From: Malacoraja senta
Taxonomy: Eukaryota
DNA length: 64,000 bases
Direction of reading: 5' to 3'
Assembly (NCBI GenBank): GCA_038087875.1
Contig: CM075992.1
Location: 4,032,001-4,096,000, forward strand
Part shown: one piece after another, positions 12,067 through 24,782 of the stretch
Position numbering within the stretch: position 1 is the stretch's first letter
How the letters are laid out: each line of letters opens with the position of its first letter
The notes under the pieces: generated by a model
Database searches by the model: none
Seen by the model: the letters and a program-made list of their open reading frames with translations, nothing else
Told to the model about the DNA's origin: nothing
Translations under genes and position numbers: made by a program

Positions 12067-13654
12067 TGAACTTTTTTCTCTCTCTCGTTTATCATATTGT
12101 TTACAGTGTACTATGTTTACACATTCTGTTGTGCGCTGCAGGCAAAAAATTAATTGTTCTATCTGGGACGGATGACAATAAAACACTTCTGACCCTCACG
12201 TGTCCCTTGACACTCGACCTTTCTGATATTTGCATCAACTTAGGAGGCAAGGTGAAGAGTAGCACAACTTTACAGTGAACTAGGTTTACATATTGTGTTG
12301 TGCTGAAGCAAGCAAAAATGTCACTGTTCTATCTGGGACACATGACAATAAAACACTCTTGACTTGACTCTTGACTTGACTCTTGACAAATAAAAGTAAC
12401 AAATAATTTTGTGAAGGCACAAGACCCACAGTTCATGCGTTAGTGTTGAAGGCAATGTCAAGAGCCAAACACAACTACATTCTGCGCAGGTTTGCAGGAT
12501 CAAGAATAAGATATAGCCTTATATATCACTTTGGTGGTTGGAAATTCCTATTAACCTACAAGATTTATTATTTTTTAATGCACTGACTCAACGAACAGTG
12601 GAAGCAAACGCAATGGTGTTACTCAAAAGAGATTTGTTTGCATGTCTGAGGTTTACGGATGCTATGGGGCAAATGCAGTAGGGATAATTGGATAGCTTTC
12701 AACATAGAACATAGAACATAGTTCCATCCTGCTTACGGGTGCTGTCTGTACGGGGTTTGTACGTCCCTGTGGCCGCGTGGGTTTTCTCCGGGTTCTCCGG
12801 TTTCCTCCCACACACCAAAGACGTGAAAGTTTGTAGGTTAATTGGCTTCAGTAAAACTGTCTCGCGTGTGTGTAGGATTGGGCCAGTATGCGGGGATCGC
12901 TGGTCGGCGCGGACACGGTGGGCTGAAAGACCCGTTTCCGCGCTGTATCTCTGAACTAAATGAAGTGAATGTACAAACTCTGTACAGACAGCACCTGTGG
13001 TCAGGATCGAACCCGGGTCTCTGGTGCTGTAAGGCAGCAACTCCACCGCTGCGCCACCCTGCCGCCCACTATTGAAATATGAATGCGGAGGAAAAATTCC
13101 AGGGTATAGTAATCCAAGGATTAACAAGTCTCTGACACAACTGAACTCTACACCTCTGACAACAGCCAGGAATTCCCTGGGACCCACTTACACCTTGCAA
13201 CGTCGCCTGAAGTGATGTCGCCATGGTGACAGCCACCGACTCCAGTCTCCGATGAATTCTACCCCCTCTCTGTTAATAGTACTCATACAATGCAATCACC
13301 ATTCAAATTGAAAATGTCCAAGAGAATCAGCGAAAGCTAAACAAATAAATAATGTTTAAAATTCTTCCTGTGAGTTTAGAAAATAACTAATATAAGGGGA
13401 GATCCCCAAGGTTTAAATGTATAATTGGATTCAACAAGTAATTTCCAGCAAAGATTAATATATTGCAGATCTGGGTGAGCTTGAAGCCCAATAGGGAGTG
13501 CGATTTGGGATTGCTACGAGCTGGATATTTATTTTTAATGGTTGGATGAAAAATGTAGATAAGGAAGATTGCAAAGTTAAGGGCAATAGGGATCAAGTGC
13601 AAACACATCCTCCTGAAAGCTTTTTGTAGGAAGGAACTGCAGGTGCTGGTTTAC

Positions 13655-14383
13655 AACAGCAACAGTTTCTTCCCAGCTGTTATCAGGCGACTGAATCATC
13701 CTACCACAACCAGAGAGCAGAGCTGAACTACTATCTAACTCATTGGTGATCCTCGGACTATCCTTGATGGAACTTTGCTGGCTTTACCTTGCACTAAACG
13801 CGATCATGTATCTGCAATATACACTGTAAATGGATCGATTGTAATCATGTATTGTCTTTTTGCTGACTGGAAAGCACGCAACAAAAAGCTTTTCACTGTA
13901 CCTCGGTACATGTGACAATAATGTCAAAATGTCTCAGTCTCTAGTGTAGTCCATTGTCGGCTCTGACCTCCCTTCCATCGAGGGGATCTATCGCAGTCGC
14001 TGCCTCAAAAAGGTTGGCAACATCATCAAGGACCCACACCATCCTGGCCACTCACTCATCTCCCCGCTACCTTCAGGTAGAAGGTACAGGAGCCTGAAGA
14101 CTGCAACGACCAGGTTCAGGAATAGTTACTTCCCCACAGCCATCAGGCTATTAAACTTGGCTCGGACAAAACACTGAACATTAATAGCCCATTATCTGTT
14201 ATTTGCACTTTATCAGTTTATTTATTCATGTGTGTGTATATATTTATATAATGGTATATGGACACACTGATCTGTTCTGTAGTCAATGCCTACTATGTTC
14301 TGTTGTGCTGAAGCAAAGCAAGAATTTCATTGTCCTATCAGGGACACATGACAATAAACTCTCTTGAACTTGAACTTGACTTG
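13655..14383 (+). mobile_element. Two Rex/Babar-like LINE 3' fragments
   Basis: Encode H.L..PLPSGRRYRSL..TTRFRNSYFP.AIRLLN-type termini, end in GTGACAATAAA plus a short-repeat tail. Confidence 0.65.
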
Positions 14384-14972
14384 TGATATTGCAAGGACTA
14401 CTTTGTTATATCACAAGGACTACTTTGTTTGTCCGCGTAGCAACATGTATATGTGGGAATGACGTAATATGGGCAGGGGCACTCTGGTTCCAGATGGCCG
14501 TGAAATAAACAGAGCCTTGATTTCTGCTCAGCTTCAAACCCCTAAGTACGTGTACTTGTGGTCATTCCAGAGTCATAACAGTGGTATAACAGATACCGGA
14601 CCACGAAGTACAACATCTAGTGGACCTGTAAACGATCATGAGGACAGACACAAAATGCTGGAGTAACTCAGCGGGTCAGGCAGCATCTCTGGAGAGAAGG
14701 GAAGGGTGATGTTTCGGGTCGAGACCCTTCCTCAAACCTGAAACGTCATCCATTCCTTCTCTCCAGAGATGCTGCCTGTCCTGCTGAGGTACTCCAGCAA
14801 TCTGTGTATCTTCGGTTAAAAACCAGCATCTACCGTTCCTTCCTACACATGTAACCTACAAACCTGTATGTCTTTGGAATGTGGGAGGAAACCGGAGAAA
14901 ACGCACGCGGTCAGAGGGAGAACGTACAACGTTTGCACGGACAGGATTGAACCCAGGACCCTGACGCTGTTA

Positions 14973-15302
14973 TGGGCCTGTCCCACTTAGGCAACTTTTT
15001 CGGCGACTGCCGGCACCCGTCATAGGTCGTTGCAGGTCGCCGAAAATTGTCAACATGTTGAAAATCCAGTGGCGACCAGAAAGACGCTGCGACTCTTTGG
15101 GCGACTGAGGAGACGACTCACGACCATACAGGCGACATGTCGCGGGGTGAAGCCTGTATGGTCGTGAGTAGTCGCCCAAAGAGTCGTACCTTGTTCTGGT
15201 CGCCGATGGATTTTCAACATGTTGACAATTTCCGCCGACCTGCAACGACCTATGACGGGTGCCGGCAGTCGCCGAAAAAGTCGCGTAAGTGGGACAGGCC
15301 CA
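14973..15302. mobile_element. PIF/Harbinger-type MITE, almost fully palindromic, inserted in a V-SINE
   Basis: TIR TGGGCCTGTCCCACTT...AAGTGGGACAGGCCCA with TTA and TAA flanks. Confidence 0.85.
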
Positions 15303-15744
15303 TAAGGCAGCAACTCTACCGCTGCGTCACCGTGCCGCCCACCATAGTAAACAACCTCTCAACATGCGCATGAATCTTACCCATGTGTCAGGCTGTCAAT
15401 AGTATTGAGTCCAGCAGGTACATTTGGTACTTCCACCGGGAATATCATTCAAATTTCCGTCCAATTTGCTGTACGTTGCGATGCCAGTGTGTGGTCCATT
15501 GAGAACCTTTGCAAACAGATGGTACCTTGATCCCAGCACTCACTAGAAGTGTTTGGATAATGACATTGTAACTGTTTCCAAAGAGTGTTCTCAACATCAA
15601 CCTGTCACCTCAAATGTTTTGAACACTTCCCTTTCCTTCAACGGTTTCATTAAACTCTTAGAGCCACACTCTTCATGTTCTTTCCAACTGTTTATTCCCC
15701 TTCAAATTCCTCTCCCTGTTTTCTCTCCAGGGTCAGCAGCATGG

Positions 15745-16042
15745 AGGCACAGCGGTGGAGTTGCTGCCTTACAGCGCCAGAGACCCGGGTTCCATCCTGA
15801 CTACGGGTGCTGTCTGTACGGAGTTTGTACGTTCTCCCCGTGACCGCGTGGGTTTTTACAATTTTACCAAGGCTGTTAACCGACAAACCTGGAGTGTGGA
15901 AGGAAACCAGAGATCCCGGAGAAAACCCACGCAGGTCACGGGGAGAACGGACAAACTCCGTACAGACAGCACCCGTAGTCAGGATCGAACTGGGGTCTCT
16001 GAAGCTGTAAGGCAGCAACCCTACCGCTGCGCCACCGTGCCA
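15745..16042. mobile_element. Two V-SINE pieces in inverted orientation
   Basis: Plus head 15745-15855 joined directly to a minus copy 15855-16042. Confidence 0.8.
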
Positions 16043-16374
16043 CACTAGCTTATGTGGGATCTTGCTTTGTGCAAATGGACGGCTCCGCTTTCTACATTCT
16101 AACAGTGACCAGACTTCAGACGTACGTTATTGCCTGTAACATTATTTAAGATATCCTAGGTACCAGAAGGTACTAAAGAACTGAAGAGCAGGGTCTCGAC
16201 CCGAAACGTCAACCATCCCTTTGCCTCTACACATGCTGCCTGACTCTTTGACCCTAAGACATAGGAACATAATTAGGTCGCTCAGCCCATTGAGTCTACT
16301 CCGCCATTCGGTCATGGATGATGGATTTTTCTCTCTCAACCCCATTGTCCTACCTGTAACCTTTGACACCCTAA

Positions 16375-16603
16375 AGGGCCTGTCCCACTTTCACGACCTA
16401 ATTCACGACCCTTTTTTACTCGTGGACATTTTTCATCATGTTGAAAAAATGCCCCGACCTACTTGATGCCACGAGTACCTACGACTAGCATCACGGCCTA
16501 CCTACGACCTACCTACGACCTCGTGACGACCATGCTGCGAGTATGAGTCAAAGGCAAACTCGGCAGAGGTCGTGAATTAGGTCGTGAAAATGGGACAGGC
16601 CCT
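16375..16603. mobile_element. PIF/Harbinger-type MITE inserted in a CR1 tail
   Basis: TIR AGGGCCTGTCCCA...TGGGACAGGCCCT, TAA and TTA flanks, internal CTACGAC repeats. Confidence 0.85.
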
Positions 16604-16621
16604 TTACTAATCAAGAACCTT

Positions 16622-17035
16622 TGCGTTTACTGATCTTTCTGTCCTGGGCCTCCTCCACTGTCAGAGTGAGGCCACCCACAAATTGGAGGAACAGCACCTC
16701 ATATTTCGCTTGGGCAGCTTCCAAACCAGCGATTTGAATATTGATTTCTCCAACCTCCCCCACCCTGGTCATCCTGCCAGTTTCACTGTTCCTATCCCTT
16801 CGTTATCACTTCCACCACAGCCAACAATGGAGCATTGTGGGCTCCACCTTTCCTCGGTCATCGGTGCCGGCTCTGATTTGATCTGAACCTTTTCATCCCT
16901 CTCCCCTGACTCAGTCTGAAGAAGGGTCTCGACTTGAAAGGTCGCCTATTCCTTTTCCCCAGAGATGCTGCTTGACCCGCTGAGTTACTCCAGCATTGTT
17001 TGTGTCGATCTTGCATCTGCAGTTTTTCCTGCACA
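16622..17035 (+). mobile_element. Penelope-like element 3' fragment
   Basis: LEEQHLIFRLGSFQ..LNIDFSN ORF end, then a hammerhead-like segment at about 16916. Confidence 0.75.
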
Positions 17036-18789
17036 GTTTATATTTTGCTCCAGGTTCCAGCAGTCTCTTACCCCTCCACTGCAGAAGTAGTTTGGCTTTG
17101 ACAGTGAACCAAGCCCGCGCTCTGCTTCACACAACAATACCATCTTCCGGCATTGTTTAGTGATGGGAAAACATCCCGGTCAGGAGAAGCCAAGTCTAAT
17201 TGCGGCGTTCCTTCTCCTGCATCAGCTGGCATCAGTTAATTTAACAAAAAGTAGGTTAAAAGCCTTTAACTTCCTATCATATTAACGTCAGTCGCAGGCT
17301 ACGGAGCATTAGCTCTGCTGTACATCACCTGGAACTAATTCATTCCCCATTACAATCTAAAATTGTAATCCACACGATATCTGTGCTTCATTGATAACAC
17401 TCTCGGCTCTGAACAGACCTCGTTGGGTTCAAACGGCGTGGAGGACATTTCTCACTGACAGACACACTGTTCTCAATGAGATAAGACACATAAAGCTGGA
17501 GTAACTCACAGGTGCAAGCAGCATCTCTGGAGAGAAGGAACGGGTGATGTTTCGGGTTGAGTTTCCTTCTTCAGACTCTTCATCTGTCTGAAGTAGGGTC
17601 TTGACCTGAAACATCACCCATTCCTTCTCTCCCGAGATGCTGCCTGTCCCGCTGAGTTACTCCAGCTTTATGGAATGGGAATGGAATGGAATGCCCTATA
17701 TTGTCATTTAAATACGCAAGATTTGAACGAAAATTCAGGAAAAAATTGAAGTTGTACAAGAAATGTAATATGTTGCATATTATGATTAAGATGCATGTAC
17801 TTTGCTTCTAATAAAATTTAAAAAAATAATAATAATAATTTCGTTCCTGCAGTCATATCAGCAAAAAAAACAAAACCCACACACTTAACACAATTCCACA
17901 CAAACATCCATCACAGTGAATCTCCAAACACCTCCTCACTGTGATGGAAGGCAAAAGTCTTATCTCTTCCCTGTCCTTTGTTCTTCTCCTTTGCACCTTG
18001 CACTAAACGTCCTTCGTCAGGCAGCCAAACTGCAACGCCGCGGCGACCGGGACACCCGATGTTAAAGCCCCCGGCGGGCGACGGTAAGTCCCGCGGCCGT
18101 TAAGCCGCGCCGGTCGATGTAAGGCCCTGTGACGGGACGATTCAAACCCCTCGATTCGGGGCGGGCGAAGTTGCTGTTGCGGGAGCTCCCCGAAAATCGG
18201 TCTCCCACCAGGGACCCGCGAGCTCCCGACTCCACCGTCCACGGGGCCCGCGGCCGAAGCTCCGAAGCTCCGAAGTCGGATCGCAGCCGCAGCGCCACCA
18301 CAGCTCCAAAGTCAGCCAGCTCCGCGATGGTGAGTCCGCAGGCTCTACGACTGGAGCCCTCAGGTCGAGTACGGTTGGAGGAATGTGTCTATCTTCGGTA
18401 TAAACCAGCATCTGCAGTTCCTTCCTACACAATATGAATTCTTGTTCTCAATTCCACTTTCCCTGGCAAACTGTTCAAAAGTCACTGCCTTTTCAAGTTG
18501 TCTTGAATGCCAAGACCCAGCCACTGAAACCCAAGGGAAATATCGAAGTCCAATATGATTTCACTATTCAGTCACCGTTAACAAATCTGCCTAATTATAA
18601 AATCAAATTAAATTATGGAGTAAAATCCGCAGAACCCAAAAGGAAGCCTATTATTCCCATGTGACAAGATTACAATTTGATTTAGTCAGTGAATACAAAT
18701 CCAATTGCACTGCTCATTATGGTTTTCAACATGAGCATGTTCCAACTCTGATACAAATGTCTTGTCTGCTCTTATTACAACGTTTGCTT

Positions 18790-19286
18790 TGGCTGAGCAA
18801 GAAATTGCAGCGAATTGTGGACACAGCCCCGACCATCGCACTAAACCTCCCTTCCATTGACTCCATCTACACTTCACGCTGCCTCGGCAAGGCCAGCAGC
18901 ATAATCAAGGGCGAGCTGCACCCTGGCCACTTCCTCTTCTCCCCTCTTCTCCCATCGAGCAAAAGGTACAGAAGTGTGTAAACGCACACCTCCAGATTCA
19001 AGGACAGTTTCTTCCCAGCTGTTATCAGGCAACTGAACCATCCTACCACAACCAGAGAGCAGTGCTGAACTACTATCTACCTCATTGGTGACCCTCGGAC
19101 TATCCTTGATCGGACTTTGCTGGCTTTACCTTGCGCTAAACGTTATTCCCTTATCCTGTATCTGTACACTGTAAATGGATCAATTTTAATCATGTATTGT
19201 GTTTCCGCTGACTGGTTAGCACGCAACAAAAAGCTTTTCACTGTACACTCGGTACACGTGACAATAAACACAACTGAACTGAACTG
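18790..19286 (+). mobile_element. Rex/Babar-like LINE 3' fragment
   Basis: KLQRIV..A..I...LPSIDSIYTSRCLGKASSIIK...HPGH and SFFPAVIRQLN motifs, then GTGACAATAAA and an (ACTGA)n tail. Similar fragments at about 26140-26485, 33950-34550, 41380-41775, 44015-44310, 46260-46460, 47725-48060 and 63810-64000. Confidence 0.7.
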
Positions 19287-19786
19287 ACGGAGATGAAGGT
19301 TCAGTCCAGCACAAGACTCCCTGATCCCTGAGCGCATAGGTTTAAGGTGAGGGGGACAAAGTTTAATGGGGAGGTGCGGGGCAAGTTTTTAACACAGAGG
19401 GTGGTAGGTGCCTGGAATGTGCGACCAAGCGTGGTGGTCGCAGCAGATACGTTAGTGGCATTTAAAAGACTTTTGGATAGGCAAATAGATATGCAGGGAA
19501 TGGAAGGATATGAGTAAGATAGATCAGTGATAGTCTTGGCATCATGTTCACACAGACATTGTTGCCTGAAGTGCCTGTTCTTGTGCTGTTCTGTTCTATG
19601 TAACTCCCTCCCCTGGCATATACGGCCATCAACCCCCAAACATCCTCCATCTATTATCGAGGAAACACTTTTTCTCACAGAGAGTGGTGAGTCTGTGGAA
19701 TTCTCTGCCTCAGAGGGCGGTGGAGGCAGGTTCTCTGGATGCTTTCAAGAGAGAGCTAGATAGGGCTCTTAAAAATAGCGGAGTCA

Positions 19787-20450
19787 GGCCATTCGGCCCT
19801 TTGAGCCAGCACCGCCATTCAATGTGATCATGGCTGATCATCCCCAATCAGTACCCCGTTCCTGCCTTCTCCCCATATCCCCTGACTCCGCTATCTTTAA
19901 GAGCTCTATCTAGCTCTCTCTTGAAAGTGTCCAGCGAACCTGCCTCCACCACCCTCTGAGGCAGAGAATTCCACACTCACCACTCTCTGTGAGAAAAAGT
20001 GTTTCCTTGTCTCCGTTCTAAGTGGCTTACCCCTTATTCTTAAACTGTGGCCCCTGGTTCTGGACTCCCCCAACATGGGGAACATGTTTCCTGCCTCTAG
20101 CGTGTCCAAACCCTTAACAATCTTATATGTTTCAATAAGATTCCCTTTCATCCTTCTAAACTCCAGAGTGTACAATCCCAGCCGCTCCATTCTCTTAGTA
20201 TATGACAGTCCCGCCATCCCGGGAATTAACCTTGTAAACCTACGCTGCACTCCCTCAATAGCAAGAATGTCCTTCCTCAAATTAGGGGACCAAAACTGCA
20301 CACAATACTCCAGGTGTGGTCTCACTAGGGCCCTGTACAACTGCAGAAGGACCTCTTTGCTCCTATATTCGACTCCTCTTGTTATAAAGGCCAACATGCC
20401 ATTGGCTTTCTTCACTGCCTGCTGTACCTGCATGCTTACTTTCATAGACT
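19787..20450 (-). mobile_element. CR1-clade LINE 3' fragment with open RT C-terminus (ORF 19906-20445)
   Basis: KKANGMLAFI.RG.EYRSKEVLLQLYRALVRPHLEYCVQFWSP...TRGH..R...FFSQRVV is a typical CR1 ORF2 end. Confidence 0.9.
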
Positions 20451-21298
20451 GATGATTAAACTGCCAGCCATTCCTATCCAGCTCGGCGTGGCTAATGAGA
20501 GCTGGCTGACCTTGTTACTGTATTACCGTGTAGTACCGTAATACTATGTAAAGGGTGGCATGCATATATGTGTAGTGAAGATCATAAATGGCATGGATTA
20601 ATAAGGGTTAATCTATACTTGGTATCTTTGTAAATGGTGTATAGGATAGTGTTTGTGTTCGGGGATCATTGGTCGGCCCGGCCTCAGTGTACATTTAGAC
20701 AGGTACATGGATAGGATATGTTTAGATACAAATGGGCCAAGGCAGGCAGGTGGGACTAGTGTAGATGGGACATGCTAGTTGTCATGGGCAACTTGGGCCT
20801 GTTTCCACGCTGTATGACTCTATTATGCCTGAAACCTAAGGATTCAAGTATTCAATTTAATTAAACTAATCTGTTTGTAAAACAGTCCTCAACGCGTCTG
20901 AAGAAGGGTCTCGACCCGAAACATTACCCATTCCTTCTCTCCAGAGACGCTGCCTGTCCCGTGGAGTTACTCCAGCGTTTTGTGTCTATCTTCTGTGAGA
21001 TCCAATGTCAGGAAGATGGATTGTGCCTTGAATCTTAACGGCAGCCTGCTGGGGAGCATTAAGCCGGCTGGGTCAGATATTGTCAGCTCTTCGTGGAAGA
21101 GAGAATAAAGCAGGAACGGTGAGGATTTGTATTACAGAAGAGACTAATTAGCCAACAGCACTGTGGAGTTTTGGAGCAAATTAGATACTTGGAGGTAGAG
21201 CGGAACGAAGGTACATTGCCAGGAATCAATGTTGCTCTTTAAAACCTGCGGGGACTTCTGCTCACGGTTGTAATTTGCTATCACTTTTGTTTCATTAA

Positions 21299-21300
<2 letters not shown>

Positions 21301-21336
<36 letters not shown>

Positions 21337-21444
21337 AGGGAGTAGTGAGTAGTGAGGTTCATGCATTAGTCATTCATGTGCATGTATACATGAATGGCAG
21401 CATATTTGAATGTGTGTGTCTGTGTGCGTACAGCTTTGTGCATG

Positions 21445-21516
<72 letters not shown>

Positions 21517-22040
21517 TGTGTGTGTGTGTGTGTGTGAGTGAGTGTTTGAGCATGTGCATAGTCTTTGTTTGAGTGTGTGTGTGCGTATGCGTGTGTAAAT
21601 GTGTGTGGGTGTATGCTTGCGCGTGTTCTATGTGAGTATCTGTGTGTGACGATGTGAGTGTGTGTGTGCATATGTCTATATACATGTGTGAGCTCAGGTG
21701 TGTGTGAGAGAGTGTGTGTGTGTTCTATGTGTTCGTATGTATGTGTCTATAGGAGTGTGTGTATCTCTGGATGTGTTTGTGTGAGTATATGTGTCTGCAT
21801 GTACATGTGTGCATGTGTGTGTATGTATATGTGTGTGTACATATGTGCATGTTTGCCTGTGTGTATGTCTGTGTGTGTAAGAGTGAGTGTTTGTGTATGC
21901 GTGTGTGTGTGCATTTGAGTGTGTGTGTTGTTTGTGTATGCGAGTGTGTGGGTGTGTGCATGTGTGAGTGTGTGAATGTATGAGTGTGTTTGTGTGATTG
22001 TGTATGTGTGTATGTGCACATGTGAGTTTGCACACGTGTA
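21301..22040. repeat. Long degenerate (TG)n low-complexity tract
   Basis: Directly visible. Confidence 0.95.
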
Positions 22041-22076
22041 TTTACGTACAAGTGGGTGTCAAAAAACTAAACTAAA

Positions 22077-22390
22077 CACGGTAGCGCAGCGGTGGAGTTG
22101 CTGCCTTACAGCGATTACAGAGCCAGAGATCCGGGTTCGATCCCGACTACGGGTGCTGTCTGTAAGGTGTTTGTACCTTCTCCCCGTGACTGCGTGGGGT
22201 TTCTCCGAGATCCTCGGTTTTTCCTCCCACACCCCAAAGACATACAGGTTTGTAGGGTAATTGGATTGGTATAAATGTAAATTGTCCGCAGTGTGTGTAG
22301 GCTAGTGTTTGTGTGCGGGGATCGCTGGGCGGTGCGGACTCGGCGGGCCGAAGGGCCCGTTTCCGCGCTGTATCTCGAAACTAAAAAAAG
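22077..22390 (+). mobile_element. HE1-like V-SINE
   Basis: A and B boxes, V-domain, tail. Confidence 0.85.
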
Positions 22391-23494
22391 CTGTGCTAAA
22401 CTAAACATGGAAAGTGGTAATCAGGAAACGTCCTTGACCTTGTTTAACCCAATGCCAAGAAATCTCTTCGGCTTGCAATCCTCGTGATTGAAGAGTGTAA
22501 GAGCTGCACATTGAAAGATCTTCAGTCACAGAATGAAGCCATTGTTACAAGGCATTTTCTACATTCCCTCAAGCTCAGCGTGATCTTTTGAACCACCTTA
22601 GCCATTGTGGTAATAAAATAATGTTAAATCCTTCAGATCTAGGATCATCCTCTATATCTACTGGGCTTTTAGTGCTGAGAAAACGTTTTTCTAAAAGCCA
22701 GCCTGACTTGAGATTTGTTTGCATTCTTTAGCATTGTAATCCTTGTTTAATTCAGAGAAAGGTTATCCAGCTGAAGATTTAAGTAATGTTTAGCTAAATG
22801 AAACCTGGGATTACAGGATTCATAAAGATTCCCCTTTCCACCCTTCTGATATGCACGTGCAGAATGTGGTAATAAAAACAAAGGTAATATCAATAAATTA
22901 TTTGTAATGCAGAATTATTCTATTTGATCAGCATAATGAGCACATTGATTATGTATTCTGCATATTCTAGCCATGTTTGACTTTGGGAGTTGCCATCTGT
23001 GGAATGTAATAGGTCAACATTGAATAATATTAATCTAATATCCCGAAGTGCAAAGCTTATTTATCTTTGATATTAAAACACCCTGGAAGCATTTCGATTA
23101 TTCTCCCCCATTGAGGGTGGTATAGGTCGTGCATTGTAAAGAGAGCTCCCGTTTAATGAATGGGGAAAGCGTTGAAATGCAGAGCAATCTCTTCTGAGAT
23201 CCTAAAGCCATCCACTCGGGCGTCTGTGCCGTGTTTGTTCTTGGAGCGAGCGAGTCAAATTTCCCCGGGGTGCTGGTCTTTTGTCAATTATTTATCCCGT
23301 ACCCTTTTGAAAGTTACTGTTGAGTTTGCTTCCACTGCCACTCTTCTGCTCCTGTTTCCTTCTTTTCCAATCTAAGTGCCGCAACCCGCCTTTCCCCCTC
23401 CTCCGCCTCCTTCCTTTCACCAGATCTTCTGTTGTGCTGCAGCAAGCAAGAATTTCATTGTCCTATCTGGGACACATGACAATAAACTCTCTTC

Positions 23495-23528
23495 AGTCTG
23501 AAGAAGGGTTTCGGCCCGAAACGTTGCC
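23495..23528 (+). ncRNA. Minimal hammerhead ribozyme motif (UUCG subfamily)
   Basis: CTGAAGA-A-GGGT(TTCG)GCCC-GAAA-CGTT. Intact core, palindromic AACGTT stem III, GUU site. Confidence 0.6.
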
Positions 23529-23709
23529 TATTTCCTTCGCTCCATAGATGCTGCCTCACCTGCTGAGTTTCTCCAGCACTTTTGTCTACCTTCGATTTTC
23601 CAGCATCAGCAGTTCCTTCTTGAACTAAATGAAGACCCGCTGTGTTACTCCTCGAACTAAACTAAAACGCTTGAACAATATACTCTCTTGACTTGACTTG
23701 ACTTGACTT

Positions 23710-24180
23710 GATCTCCGGTTTCCTCCCACACTCCAAAGACATACAAGGTTTGCAGGTTGATTGGCCAGGTTTAGGGTAGTTTTAGAGATACAGCGCGGAA
23801 ACAGGCAGTTCGGCCCACCGAGTCCGCACCGACCAGCGATCCCCGCACATTAACACACAAGGGGCAATTTACACTTACCTACAATTTACCTGCAAACCTG
23901 TACGTCTTTGGAGTGTGGGAGGAAACCAAAGATCTCGGAGAAAACCCACACGGTCACGGGGAGAACGTGCAAACTCCGTACAGACAGCACCCGTAGTCAG
24001 GATTGAACCTGGGTCTCTGGCGCTGAGAAGCAGCAACTCTACCGCTGCGCCATCGTGCCACTTGGTATAAATGTAAATTGTCCCTAGTGTGTGTTGGACA
24101 GTGCTAATGTGCGGGGATCGCTGGTCGGCACGGACTCAGTGGGCCGAAGGGCCTGTTTCCGGGCTTTATCTCTAAAAATA
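23710..24180. mobile_element. Minus V-SINE (about 23780-24060) nested in a plus V-SINE
   Basis: The host V-domain breaks at GGTTGATTGG and resumes at CTTGGTATAAATG. Confidence 0.8.
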
Positions 24181-24449
24181 AAGTCCTTGCTACTTTCCCT
24201 CTAACTTACAGTCATAGAATCATCCAGCACAAATCAGGGCCTTCTGACCCTCTTTAAACTCTAACTACATATGTTGCCACCAGGAGGTAATATAATGCTG
24301 ATGAAGATCTGAATTTATGATTTTTAAGACATCTTAACTCCTTGAGTGCACAAAATTAGTCTTCTTCAATGAACCCAACTGCTTTAGAACATACAGGATG
24401 TGCTCCCACTGGATGGCAGAGATTTCTGCATCCTTTATTTCCTTAATTG

Positions 24450-24782
24450 GGCGGCACGGTGGCGTAGCGGTAGAGTTGCTGCCTTACAGCGCTTGCAGCG
24501 CCGGAGACCCCGGTTCGATCCCGACTACGGGTGCTGTCTGTACGGAGTTTGTACCTTCTCCCCGTGACCTGCCTGTGTTTTCTCTGAGATCTTTGGTTTT
24601 TCCTCCCACACTCCAAAGACGTACAGGTTTGTAGGTTAATTGGCTTGGTATTAAATGTAAATTGTCCCTAGTGCATGTAGGGTAGTGTTGTCAGTGTGCG
24701 GGGATCGCTGGTCGGCGCGGACTCTGTGGGCCGAAGGGCCTGTTTCCGCGCTGTATCTCTAAACTAAACTAAACTAAACTAA
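24450..24782 (+). mobile_element. Full-length HE1-like V-SINE
   Basis: GGGCGGCACGGTGGCGTAGCGG head through to a (TAAAC)n tail. Further copies at about 25192-25495(-), 30415-30693(-), 31961-32222(+), 41787-42090(+), 44597-44885(+), 45150-45322(-), 49207-49517(-), 50352-50693(+) and 52709-52990(+). Confidence 0.9.

Noticed and set aside
15375..15510. Minus-strand exon-like segment with a GTAAGA donor
   Set aside because: Stops in all three frames from the candidate acceptor and no similarity to noelin exon 3.
21144..21260. Possible alternative terminal exon (cag|VLKSNIDSW...AN*)
   Set aside because: Weak pyrimidine tract and no noelin similarity.
21366..22051. His/Thr- or Cys/Val-rich ORFs (also 11638-12186)
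   Set aside because: These are translations of (CA)/(TG) microsatellites.
24450..24530. tRNA genes
   Set aside because: The A/B-box sequences are SINE heads continuous with the V-domain and do not form full cloverleaves.
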